A stretch of DNA of 38,817 nt from Methanomicrobiales archaeon (lineage in GTDB: Archaea > Halobacteriota > Methanomicrobia > Methanomicrobiales > Methanospirillaceae): positions 1 to 38,817 of the forward strand of contig JBAXMF010000001.1 in NCBI GenBank assembly GCA_037134435.1. The letters are read 5' to 3'. Numbering within the stretch: position 1 is the stretch's first letter; each line of letters starts with the position of its first letter. Positions 8,240 through 15,947 of this stretch are shown here, one piece after another. The position numbers and the translations under genes are program-made. The notes below the pieces were generated by a model. The model saw nothing but the letters and a program-made list of their open reading frames with translations. It was not told the origin of the DNA and did no database searches.

Positions 8240-9853
8240 TCAGGGGGCTGCCGGTTTGCTCATGACTGAACGTTCTTCTTCCGTCAGGATTGCAAGCACA
8301 TCGGCTGTTTTTCCAATTGAGACAATTTTTCCGCCCCGCATCAGTGCCAACCTGTCACAGACCTCCCTGACAAATTCCATGTCATGGGACACAACAATGA
8401 AGGTCTCCTCCATCTCGTCCCGTGCATGCAGGATTGAATGTTTAACATCGAGTTTTGTGATCGGGTCCATTGTCCCCGTGGGTTCATCCAGGACAACAAG
8501 CCGTGGTTCACGGATCAATACCTGGGCGAGTGCCACCCGGTGACGTTCTCCCTCGGAAAGCTGAGACGGGTACCGGTCGAGGATCTCTCTGCCCTTCTCT
8601 TCGGAAAAGCCTGACATCCGGAGCGTAATAACCGCTTTTCTTATTGCGAGTTCTTTAGGGAACTCAAGACCTATTGCATCGGTTAAGTTATCAAGCACCG
8701 TGCGATGTGGGAACAGGTCATATTCCTGGTGTAACAGCCCGATATAACATTTGGCCCGTCCCCGGTACTCAATACCGGGTTTTGTCATATCGATCCATTC
8801 ATCCCCGATCTTCATGTTCATCTCACCGGATGTCGGCTCGATGATCCCGGAAATGATTCGCGAAAGCGTGGTCTTTCCTGCGCCACTCTTACCGATGATA
8901 CCGAATATTTCCTTAGTAAAGACTTCGAATGACACCCCGTTTACTGCCTTGACTACCCCGCGGTCAACGGAGATGTACCGTTTGATGACATCCCTTGCAG
9001 AGAGGATCGGTTCCCCGATCTCGACTGCCTCGAACTCCTCCTGGTCATTGTAGTCCTTCATGAACTGTTGTATGACGTCGGCTGGAGTGCCAAGCGCGGT
9101 AATCGTTCCATTCTCAAGGAGCATGGCCCTGTCAGCAACATCCTCGATAACCTGCGAGAAGTGGGAGGTGACGACCATTCCCATGTTCTCCTTTCCTGCG
9201 GCCTCAAGAAGCATGGCATGGACTATTTTCGCGGTGCCGGGGTCAAGTGTACCGGTCGGTTCATCTGCAAAAAGGATGAACGGCTCTTTCGCCAGCTGGC
9301 GGGCTAGTACTACCCGCTGTTTTTCACCGCCCGAAAGGTCCCGGGCGATATGCATCATCCGGTGGGAGAGCCGGACCTGGTCGAGGAGGTCTGCCGCACG
9401 GTTGATGGATTTTTCTGCCGGATAATTGATATCATCGAGTGCATGAAGGACGTTTTCGATGACCCGATCGTCCCCGTAGAGAGCAAATGTCCTCTGGAAC
9501 ATGATCGCCGTACGGCTCATAATACGGCGTTTCATTGCTGTATTGTCGTCGTTCCAGAAATCAACGTCGAGTGGTTTGAGAGATCCTCCGCATTTAGGAC
9601 ACACCTGGCCTTTTTTGCTCGGGACATCCATGTAGTCGCAGCCGTCACATGCTGCAACATGGTAGATGATCGTTCCGCTCGTCGGGGGTATCTCAACCCC
9701 TCTCATGAGCTGCATCAGGACCGTTTTTCCTGCGCCGCTCCTTCCGATAATCCCAAGGATTTCTCCTTCTGAAAGTTCAAAAGAAATGTTATTGAGGACT
9801 CGTTTTCCGTCAAAATCCATGCACAAATTTTCAACGGTGATCAGTGGGGCCAT
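8240..9853 (-). CDS. atwA: Methyl-coenzyme M reductase system component A2 (tandem ABC ATPase)
   Basis: 537 aa with two ABC cassettes (GRSGAGKT...LSGGEKQRV...FADEPT and GKSGAGKT...LSEGERHRV...VLDEPT). A Cys4 ribbon (CDGC-x15-CPKC) is inserted in the first cassette. The Shine-Dalgarno sequence GAGGTGA precedes the ATG. Confidence 0.95.
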   Translation of the reverse strand: MAPLITVENLCMDFDGKRVLNNISFELSEGEILGIIGRSGAGKTVLMQLMRGVEIPPTSGTIIYHVAACDGCDYMDVPSKKGQVCPKCGGSLKPLDVDFWNDDNTAMKRRIMSRTAIMFQRTFALYGDDRVIENVLHALDDINYPAEKSINRAADLLDQVRLSHRMMHIARDLSGGEKQRVVLARQLAKEPFILFADEPTGTLDPGTAKIVHAMLLEAAGKENMGMVVTSHFSQVIEDVADRAMLLENGTITALGTPADVIQQFMKDYNDQEEFEAVEIGEPILSARDVIKRYISVDRGVVKAVNGVSFEVFTKEIFGIIGKSGAGKTTLSRIISGIIEPTSGEMNMKIGDEWIDMTKPGIEYRGRAKCYIGLLHQEYDLFPHRTVLDNLTDAIGLEFPKELAIRKAVITLRMSGFSEEKGREILDRYPSQLSEGERHRVALAQVLIREPRLVVLDEPTGTMDPITKLDVKHSILHARDEMEETFIVVSHDMEFVREVCDRLALMRGGKIVSIGKTADVLAILTEEERSVMSKPAAP

Positions 9854-9892
9854 TCTTCACCTCTTGTAGATCATGTGGCGTTTTGGCATATT

Positions 9893-9913
9893 ACTTTTTA
9901 TATATAGATATAT
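9893..9913 (-). promoter_or_regulatory. TATA-box-like element upstream of atwA operon
   Basis: The reverse strand reads ATATATCTATATATAAAAAGT about 45-55 nt upstream of the atwA ATG, immediately after the HAD gene stop. Confidence 0.4.
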
Positions 9914-10677
9914 CAGGATCCGGCACATTGGAGTTTTCTTACGATCTCAACAACCTCGCTCACGTTTTTCACAACATGCCCTGCGATCTTGTAGAGCTCG
10001 TCTGGTTTCCCCCCTGCCTGCTCCTCGGTGAGGATTGCAATATCGGCTTTTTTCATTGCACACAGGTCGTTGATGCTGTCACCGACCATCACCACCTGGT
10101 CAAATTCACACTGGAGGTCTGAAACGATCTGCGCCTTCATGGATGGCGTCGCCACCCCATACACCCGGTCACGCGGAATACCCAGGTAATCTGCCATCCG
10201 TTCGAGTTTTGTTACCCGGTCCCCGGACGCGATATAGGTGGGCACTCCCATCCTGTGCAGGGTGGAGATGGCCTCCTTGGCGCCTTCAAACGGCCTTCCC
10301 CCGGTGGTAATCGTAAATTCAATGCCGGGCAGGGCCATGTTCAGGATGACCCCGCTGTTCATCGTCACAACCGCCTCCCGGCTGCAATTTCTCCACACAT
10401 CACGGATACACTGCTGGAGGTCACCGACCGTTGCATTGGTGTCGTTATACAGGGTGTCACCCACCTCCTCGGCGGCGACGACCTTCCTCGTGCAACTGAT
10501 ACCAAACCCGATATTGTTCTCGACCAGGAACTCAGACAGGAGTTTTCCCGGTGGCGTGTCCATTACCTCCCTCGAATGGAGGTGCATCACGACAAGCACC
10601 CGTTCAGGAGAACTGAAGGTGAGCATTGTGGTCTCAATACCTGGTAAGAGCTGGTTGTTCAGTACATCCTTTGCCAC
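9913..10677 (-). CDS. HAD-superfamily hydrolase (P-type-ATPase-like HAD domain); true 5' end uncertain, frame open to 10737
   Basis: C-terminal motifs ASGDR...VMVGDSINDLCAMKKADIAIL are present. The first canonical start is the GTG at 10677. However, HAD motif I (VVFDSAGTL) is encoded upstream of it in the same frame, at about 10690-10719. See the related finding. Confidence 0.75.
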   Translation of the reverse strand: MAKDVLNNQLLPGIETTMLTFSSPERVLVVMHLHSREVMDTPPGKLLSEFLVENNIGFGISCTRKVVAAEEVGDTLYNDTNATVGDLQQCIRDVWRNCSREAVVTMNSGVILNMALPGIEFTITTGGRPFEGAKEAISTLHRMGVPTYIASGDRVTKLERMADYLGIPRDRVYGVATPSMKAQIVSDLQCEFDQVVMVGDSINDLCAMKKADIAILTEEQAGGKPDELYKIAGHVVKNVSEVVEIVRKLQCAGS

Positions 10678-10789
10678 CCGGTAGGTATGGAGCAGGGTAC
10701 CGGCACTATCAAAGACTACCGCGACTGACGTTGCAAATCACTCCCCATAAACTCTTTCTAGTTATTTATCCTTGAATAAATGAAGCTGG

Positions 10790-11746
10790 ATGGTCCTTAC
10801 TGATACCGCAGACAAGATAAAGAGCATGGAGATCCGGGGGGCAGGGCGGATCGCCCGGGCGGCAGCCCTCGCTCTGGCAGAGCATGCAGAATCACTAGAT
10901 TCTACCGATATGACCCTGTTTTCCCGTGAGATGAAGCGGGCAGCGGACCTTATAGCGGGGACAAGGCCCACTGCAGTCTCGCTCCCGAATGCGGTGAATA
11001 TTGTCATGGCGTCCATAGCCCATGCGACGACTGTTGCGGAAGCGAAAAGAGCGATTGGTTCGAAAGCCCGCGAATTTGTCCAGTCCTCGAACCAGGCGGT
11101 CGAACGTATCGGTAAAATCGGGGCCCGCCATATCAGGGACGGGGATGTTGTCCTTACCCATTGTAATTCTGAGGCCGCACTTGCCTGTCTTATCGAGGCG
11201 AAAAGGAGTGGCAAGGAGTTTTCCGTTTTTGCAACAGAAGTCAGGCCAAGGAACCAGGGACTCCTCACCATCCGCGTGCTCAATGAAGCAGGGATCACAA
11301 CGAATTTTATTGTTGATTCCGCAGTCAGATCGTTCATCAACGAGATAGACCTGGTGATAACCGGTGCTGACGCTGTGACGGTGAATGGCGCGGTAGTCAA
11401 TAAGATCGGGACCTCCCAGATTGCGCTTGCCGCCCATGAAGCACGGACAAACTTCGTCGTCGCCGCAGAAACATACAAATTCGCGCCACGGACCATTCTC
11501 GGTGAACTGATCCAGATCGAGGAGCGACCGGCAGGTGAAGTGCTCCCGGACGAGATTGCGAAAAACCTCCCGTATGTCACGGTGAGGAACCCCGTGTTCG
11601 ATGTGACCCCTGCGGAGTACGTTGACCTTATTATCACCGAATCAGGGGCTATTCCCCCCCAGATGGCGTATATAATTATCCGGGATTACCTCGGCTGGGA
11701 CCTATCGGAATTCGGGAAGGAATTTGATATTGACCACCACGATTAG
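10790..11746 (+). CDS. Ribose-1,5-bisphosphate isomerase (eIF-2B alpha/beta/delta-like, e2b2 family)
   Basis: 318 aa. KIKSMEIRGAGRIARAAA...TRPTAVSLPNA...THCNS...GADAVTVNGAVVNKIGT...AAETYKF...NPVFDVTP closely follows the Thermococcus R15P isomerase pattern as I recall it. It lies directly upstream of RuBisCO. Confidence 0.88.
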   Translation: MVLTDTADKIKSMEIRGAGRIARAAALALAEHAESLDSTDMTLFSREMKRAADLIAGTRPTAVSLPNAVNIVMASIAHATTVAEAKRAIGSKAREFVQSSNQAVERIGKIGARHIRDGDVVLTHCNSEAALACLIEAKRSGKEFSVFATEVRPRNQGLLTIRVLNEAGITTNFIVDSAVRSFINEIDLVITGADAVTVNGAVVNKIGTSQIALAAHEARTNFVVAAETYKFAPRTILGELIQIEERPAGEVLPDEIAKNLPYVTVRNPVFDVTPAEYVDLIITESGAIPPQMAYIIIRDYLGWDLSEFGKEFDIDHHD

Positions 11747-11760
11747 GAGAGAAAATTACC

Positions 11761-12960
11761 ATGTCGGATGTTATTGCATCATACTATTTCAGGCCCAGGG
11801 GTGACACCACCCCAAAAGAGGCCGCGCAAGCCCTTGCCGATGAAGAGACCACCGGTACATGGACTGGTATAACAACACGGATGGAATATGTAAAACATCT
11901 TGACGGGGCTGTTCTTGATGTAACACCTTCAGGTAAGGGATATATCACCCGGATCAGTTACCCTGTGGATGTCTTTGAACCGGGAAATATCCCCCAGTAC
12001 CTTTCGGTCGTTGCCGGGAATCTTTTTGGTCTTTCGAGGCTGGAAGTGGTCCGGCTTCTGGATTTCTCACTCCCTGATAGCCTTGTCCCGTTCAGGGGGC
12101 CAAAATACGGGATCCCGGGCATCCGCCGGATGATGGGGACAACGAAGAGGCCACATGTCGGGACCATCATAAAACCGAAAGTGGGGCTCACACCGGATGA
12201 TACGGCCTCGGTTGCTTACCAGGCTGCAATCGGCGGGGTTGACCTCATTAAGGACGATGAGACCCTGACTGACCAGAAATTCTGCCCGATAGAAGAACGG
12301 CTGCCGAAGGTGATGACGAAACTCGATGAGGCCAGGGATGAGACTGGCCATGTGGTCCTCTATGCGGTCAATATTACTACCCGGGGTGACCAGATTGTCG
12401 AACGTGCAGAACGTGCCATTGAACTCGGGGCGAATATGATCATGATCGACGTGATTACTGCCGGTTTTGGCGCACTCCAGGCGCTTGGGGAAGCACCCGG
12501 GATCAGGGTCCCGGTCCATGTCCACCGGACAATGCATGCGGCAATGACAAGAAATCCGGAACATGGCATCGCCATGAGGCCCCTTGCCCGGCTGGTGCGG
12601 ATGCTTGGCGGGGACCAGCTCCATACCGGGACCGTGAGTGGAAAGATGGCCCACGCCGCAGAGGAAGTGACCGGTGACAACCGTGTACTGACCGAACCTG
12701 CATTCGGGATGCAACCGACATTCCCGGTTTCAAGCGGGGGCCTTCATCCCGGCAAGGTCGAAGCGGAACTATCCTCGCTCGGGACAGACATTATCCTCCA
12801 GGCAGGGGGGGGCATCCACGGGCATCCTGGAGGGACCGCCGCTGGGGCCCGGGCCATGAGGCAGGCAGTCGATGCGTTCATGGCAGGTATTCCTGCCCGG
12901 GAATATGCAAAGGATCACTTTGAACTGGAACAGGCCCTCAGGTTATGGGGTACCGACTAA
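11761..12960 (+). CDS. rbcL: Ribulose-bisphosphate carboxylase large subunit, archaeal form III
   Basis: 399 aa. Catalytic motifs are intact: TGTWT, GNLFG, IIKPKVGL, DLIKDDE (carbamylated Lys plus the Mg ligands), HVHRTMHAA, SSGGLHPG and QAGGGIHGHP. An AGGAGA ribosome-binding site lies upstream. Confidence 0.95.
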   Translation: MSDVIASYYFRPRGDTTPKEAAQALADEETTGTWTGITTRMEYVKHLDGAVLDVTPSGKGYITRISYPVDVFEPGNIPQYLSVVAGNLFGLSRLEVVRLLDFSLPDSLVPFRGPKYGIPGIRRMMGTTKRPHVGTIIKPKVGLTPDDTASVAYQAAIGGVDLIKDDETLTDQKFCPIEERLPKVMTKLDEARDETGHVVLYAVNITTRGDQIVERAERAIELGANMIMIDVITAGFGALQALGEAPGIRVPVHVHRTMHAAMTRNPEHGIAMRPLARLVRMLGGDQLHTGTVSGKMAHAAEEVTGDNRVLTEPAFGMQPTFPVSSGGLHPGKVEAELSSLGTDIILQAGGGIHGHPGGTAAGARAMRQAVDAFMAGIPAREYAKDHFELEQALRLWGTD

Positions 12961-12979
12961 GTATTAGCGAGGTGCGTTT

Positions 12980-13801
12980 GTGGAGATTGAATTTACAAAA
13001 TTACATGGCAACGGCAATGATTTCATCCTGATCGATGAGTATGAACGGGTGGTTATTCCCGACCAGATGAAAGGAGAATTTGCTGCATCGTTCTGTGACC
13101 GTCATTTTGGTATTGGGGCAGACGGGGTGTTGTTCCTCTCGAAGGCTACCACCACCGGTGACCTGCGGATGCGCCTGTTCCAGCCTGACCAGAGCGAGGC
13201 GGAGATGTGCGGGAACGGCGTCCGCTGTTTTGCAAAATATGCGTATGATCATTCTCTTATCGGTACGAATGGTGTCATCGAAACAATGGCGGGCCTGATG
13301 CCTGTTGAAATGAACTACACCGGTGAAGATTTCATGGCAAAAGTCCTCATGCCGGGACCGAAATTTGACAGAAAGGAGATACCGGCGACCGGTTCCGGGG
13401 ATTATGATGAGCAGATCGAAGACTATGAAGTATTTGCAGTGAATACGGGTGTCCCCCACGCGGTCATTTTTGTTCCGTCGGTGGATTCGGTTGATATTAC
13501 TGCCGTTTCGCCAGGCATACGGCACCACGCGACCTTCCCTGCCGGTGCGAATGTCAACTTCGTTGAAAAGACCGGGACTGACAAGATACGGATCCGGACT
13601 TTTGAGAGGGGTGTTGAAGATGAGACTTTGTCGTGCGGTACGGGTGCCACCGCATGTGCCGCTATGGCGCACAAGCTCGGGTTTACGGGAGAAACTGTCC
13701 ATGTCGATACGGAAGGGGGCCCGTTGAACATCTATCTCGGGAAGGAGACGTTCACGGAAGGCCCGGCGAGCACCGTGTTCACAGGGACCCTTCTATTCTG
13801 A
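12980..13801 (+). CDS. dapF: Diaminopimelate epimerase
   Basis: 273 aa with a GTG start preceded by GAGGTG. HGNGNDFILID is present, along with both catalytic Cys motifs (MCGNGVRC and SCGTGATA). Confidence 0.93.
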   Translation: MEIEFTKLHGNGNDFILIDEYERVVIPDQMKGEFAASFCDRHFGIGADGVLFLSKATTTGDLRMRLFQPDQSEAEMCGNGVRCFAKYAYDHSLIGTNGVIETMAGLMPVEMNYTGEDFMAKVLMPGPKFDRKEIPATGSGDYDEQIEDYEVFAVNTGVPHAVIFVPSVDSVDITAVSPGIRHHATFPAGANVNFVEKTGTDKIRIRTFERGVEDETLSCGTGATACAAMAHKLGFTGETVHVDTEGGPLNIYLGKETFTEGPASTVFTGTLLF

Positions 13802-13807
13802 TTTTTT
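13802..13807 (+). terminator. Oligo-T tract immediately after dapF stop
   Basis: TGA is followed directly by TTTTTT, an archaeal-type oligo-T termination signal. Confidence 0.35.
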
Positions 13808-13992
13808 GTTGAAACCCGGTAACAATATTGTCCAACACGCGGGGAAGGTGCGGGTAAATTCCGGAATAATCCGAAAACAGGTAATATTTTGTGCCAGGGC
13901 ATTTCTGCAGAGTCGTTTTTTTGATCTGCGTCATCTCCTGATGCGGTGTTAACGGTGTTAACTGTGTTTCATTCTGAACAATGCGCTTCTTT

Positions 13993-14715
13993 TTATCGTG
14001 GTTCAGGTGATGAATCCTGATCCTGTCCGGGTTCCCTGGTATTTCGTATACCTTTTCCGGTTATCACGAAATCAAAGAAATCTCCTGCAGGGAGTGAGCG
14101 GTGTTTCATGAGGGTAGCACGGCGCACGGCCCCCTGCTCCCGGCTGAACCTGATTATCGCTTTCGAGATGTGCTCGAGTGCCGTACCGCCAAGACCGGAA
14201 TAGACATTTTTTACCACGTCCATGTAGACCTGGTTGGTAACCAGCACGGGAATCCGGTACCGTTTTGCAATCCCAAGGAGCAGGATAATCTGCCGGGTGA
14301 GTTTCTGCATGGCGTCCCACCCTTTCTCGAGATTCACCCGGTAGAGTGCTGTTGCAGAGTCCACGATGATCAGGCCGACATTCCGGGTCCTGACCAGGGT
14401 ATCCATCCCGGCGATCATGACCCCCTGCTGGTCAAAATCCGTTGGTTCGTAGATGTAGAGGTGCTCGGCAAGGTCAGCTGCATGTTCGCCTGCGATCTGC
14501 CGGAACCGCTCGATGGAAAAACCTTCGGTATCGATGAAAACAACAGATTTCCCGGATACAAGGCAGGTCACAGCGGCAAGGATACAGGCAGAGCTTTTCC
14601 CGCTCGCCGGTTCCCCAAAGAACTGGGTGATGGTACCCGGTTCTAACCCTCCGTTCAGTAACTGGTCCAGGTCAGGGCTGCCGCTTGGTAATTTTCCCGT
14701 GTCCGTTGGTATCAC
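13993..14715 (-). CDS. radB: DNA repair and recombination protein RadB
   Basis: RecA-fold protein with Walker A GEPASGKS and Walker B LIIVDS. I chose the GTG at 14715 (VIPTDTGKLPSGSPDLDQLLNGG...). The longer ORF to 14820 would lie deep inside larC. The chosen start still overlaps the larC 3' end by 44 nt. Confidence 0.85.
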   Translation of the reverse strand: MIPTDTGKLPSGSPDLDQLLNGGLEPGTITQFFGEPASGKSSACILAAVTCLVSGKSVVFIDTEGFSIERFRQIAGEHAADLAEHLYIYEPTDFDQQGVMIAGMDTLVRTRNVGLIIVDSATALYRVNLEKGWDAMQKLTRQIILLLGIAKRYRIPVLVTNQVYMDVVKNVYSGLGGTALEHISKAIIRFSREQGAVRRATLMKHRSLPAGDFFDFVITGKGIRNTREPGQDQDSSPEPR

Positions 14716-15901
14716 CTGCCGCAGGTCCGGTGAGGACTTTCCATGCACGTTCCTCGATTTGCCTGATGAGTTCCCTTGCGGGAAGCCCCAGTTTTTCTGC
14801 CTGGACGCGTGCCTCATCAAATTCTGCCTTCAGGGTGTAACACCGGTCACCCATCCACCCGCATTTTACCTGAACTTCTATGGTGGTCCCCTGGATTCCG
14901 AGTCTGACCGTCTCAATCGTGCGCTTCGCGATAAAACGGTGGACAGACGGGGTGCATCGGACACCAAGCGTGCCAAGTTCTGAGGCCAACACTCCCGCAA
15001 GCCGTCCCGAATCCTCTTCCCGGCAGATCACCCTGACGAGGTAGCCGCCCCGGCCCTTTTTCATGATGCAGGGGACAGCACTGGCATCCCTCGCCCCGGC
15101 GTTCATGAGCACGGAGATAGCGTTGCCGATAACCTCACCACTGACATCATCAACGTTCGTCTCGAGTACATCAACATAGTCCGAGGTGAGGTCGTTGGTT
15201 TTCTCCAGCAGCACTACCCGGAGGACATTCGGGATACCGGGAGGGTCCCGGCTTCCTGCCCCATACCCGATACCGGTAACGTTCACCGGGCCAATTCCAT
15301 CCGGATTTATGGTCGAAAATTCTGCGAGGAGAGCTGCCCCGGTTGGTGTGCAGAGCTCACCGTCCACCACCGTTCCGAGTGTACACCTGAGTCTTGATCC
15401 CTTCAGTATTGCGATGGTCGCAGGGGCCGGGACAGGCATCGTCCCATGCCCCCCTGTCACAACGCCCCCGCCGACTGCGACAGGTGCGACCGCAACGGCA
15501 TCTGGTTTTAGGAGGTTCAGGGCGGTACAGGCACCAATCACGTCTGCAATAGCATCATCAGCACCAACCTCGTGAAAATGGGTATGTGACCCGTGGACTG
15601 ACTCCTCTGCATCTGCTATCCTCTGAAACACCCTGATCGCCATTTCAATTGCAGGACCCGGCGCCCGGGCACCCCGTACCCGTGCGATGACCTCCTCAAG
15701 TGTCCGGGAAGTCTTTGTTGCATGGGTCTCTACCCTGGTTGCATGGATACCTGCCCGCTCTACGGTGGAAAAAGACGGATCTGACACAACTGACCCCATC
15801 GCATCCGCCACGGTTCCCCTGTCCGCACCGAGGGAGAGCAGGGCACCGGTGACCATGTCGCCGGCGGCACCATGGAACGGTTCAAAGAGAAGATATCGCA
15901 T
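14672..15901 (-). CDS. larC: LarC-family nickel insertion protein (DUF111)
   Basis: 409 aa from the internal ATG at 15901 (MRYLLFEPFHGAAGDMVTGALLSLG), which matches the family's typical N-terminus. The 16-codon upstream extension would overlap the cdc48 start. Confidence 0.88.
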   Translation of the reverse strand: MRYLLFEPFHGAAGDMVTGALLSLGADRGTVADAMGSVVSDPSFSTVERAGIHATRVETHATKTSRTLEEVIARVRGARAPGPAIEMAIRVFQRIADAEESVHGSHTHFHEVGADDAIADVIGACTALNLLKPDAVAVAPVAVGGGVVTGGHGTMPVPAPATIAILKGSRLRCTLGTVVDGELCTPTGAALLAEFSTINPDGIGPVNVTGIGYGAGSRDPPGIPNVLRVVLLEKTNDLTSDYVDVLETNVDDVSGEVIGNAISVLMNAGARDASAVPCIMKKGRGGYLVRVICREEDSGRLAGVLASELGTLGVRCTPSVHRFIAKRTIETVRLGIQGTTIEVQVKCGWMGDRCYTLKAEFDEARVQAEKLGLPARELIRQIEERAWKVLTGPAAGDTNGHGKITKRQP

Positions 15902-15947
15902 GATTCTAACAGTACATATAAATTCCCGCATATATGATCTTTCTTGC
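15902..15947. promoter_or_regulatory. 46-bp bidirectional promoter region between larC and cdc48
   Basis: The whole spacer is GATTCTAACAGTACATATAAATTCCCGCATATATGATCTTTCTTGC. CATATAAATT sits about 25-33 nt before the cdc48 ATG. CATATATG on the other strand sits about 30 nt before the larC ATG. This geometry implies leaderless or near-leaderless mRNAs. Confidence 0.4.

Noticed and set aside
10762-11637. 291-aa minus-strand ORF
   Set aside because: It is entirely antisense to the well-supported R15P isomerase gene. Its composition is Ser/Ala/Arg-rich and low-complexity, which is typical of shadow ORFs in G+C-rich coding DNA.
13944-13969. Tandem 9-mer CGGTGTTAA x2 plus a degenerate third copy in the dapF/radB convergent spacer
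   Set aside because: It is real but tiny, sits between two 3' ends and has no obvious function. I note it only for completeness.
14733-14760. GGAAAGTCC on the minus strand resembling RNase P RNA CR-I
   Set aside because: It lies inside the larC and radB coding sequence, and no other RNase P conserved regions are nearby. It is a chance match.
14716-14820. Longer radB start (track M at 14820)
   Set aside because: It would add a non-conserved basic leader and overlap larC by about 150 nt. The GTG at 14715 gives the canonical RadB N-terminus. The GTG at 14748 remains a possible alternative.
15687-15947. N-terminal 87-codon extension of the cdc48 ORF in the track
   Set aside because: The extension lies antisense inside larC. 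The conserved Cdc48 N-domain begins at MPEIHLKV (ATG at 15948), with a TATA element correctly spaced upstream.
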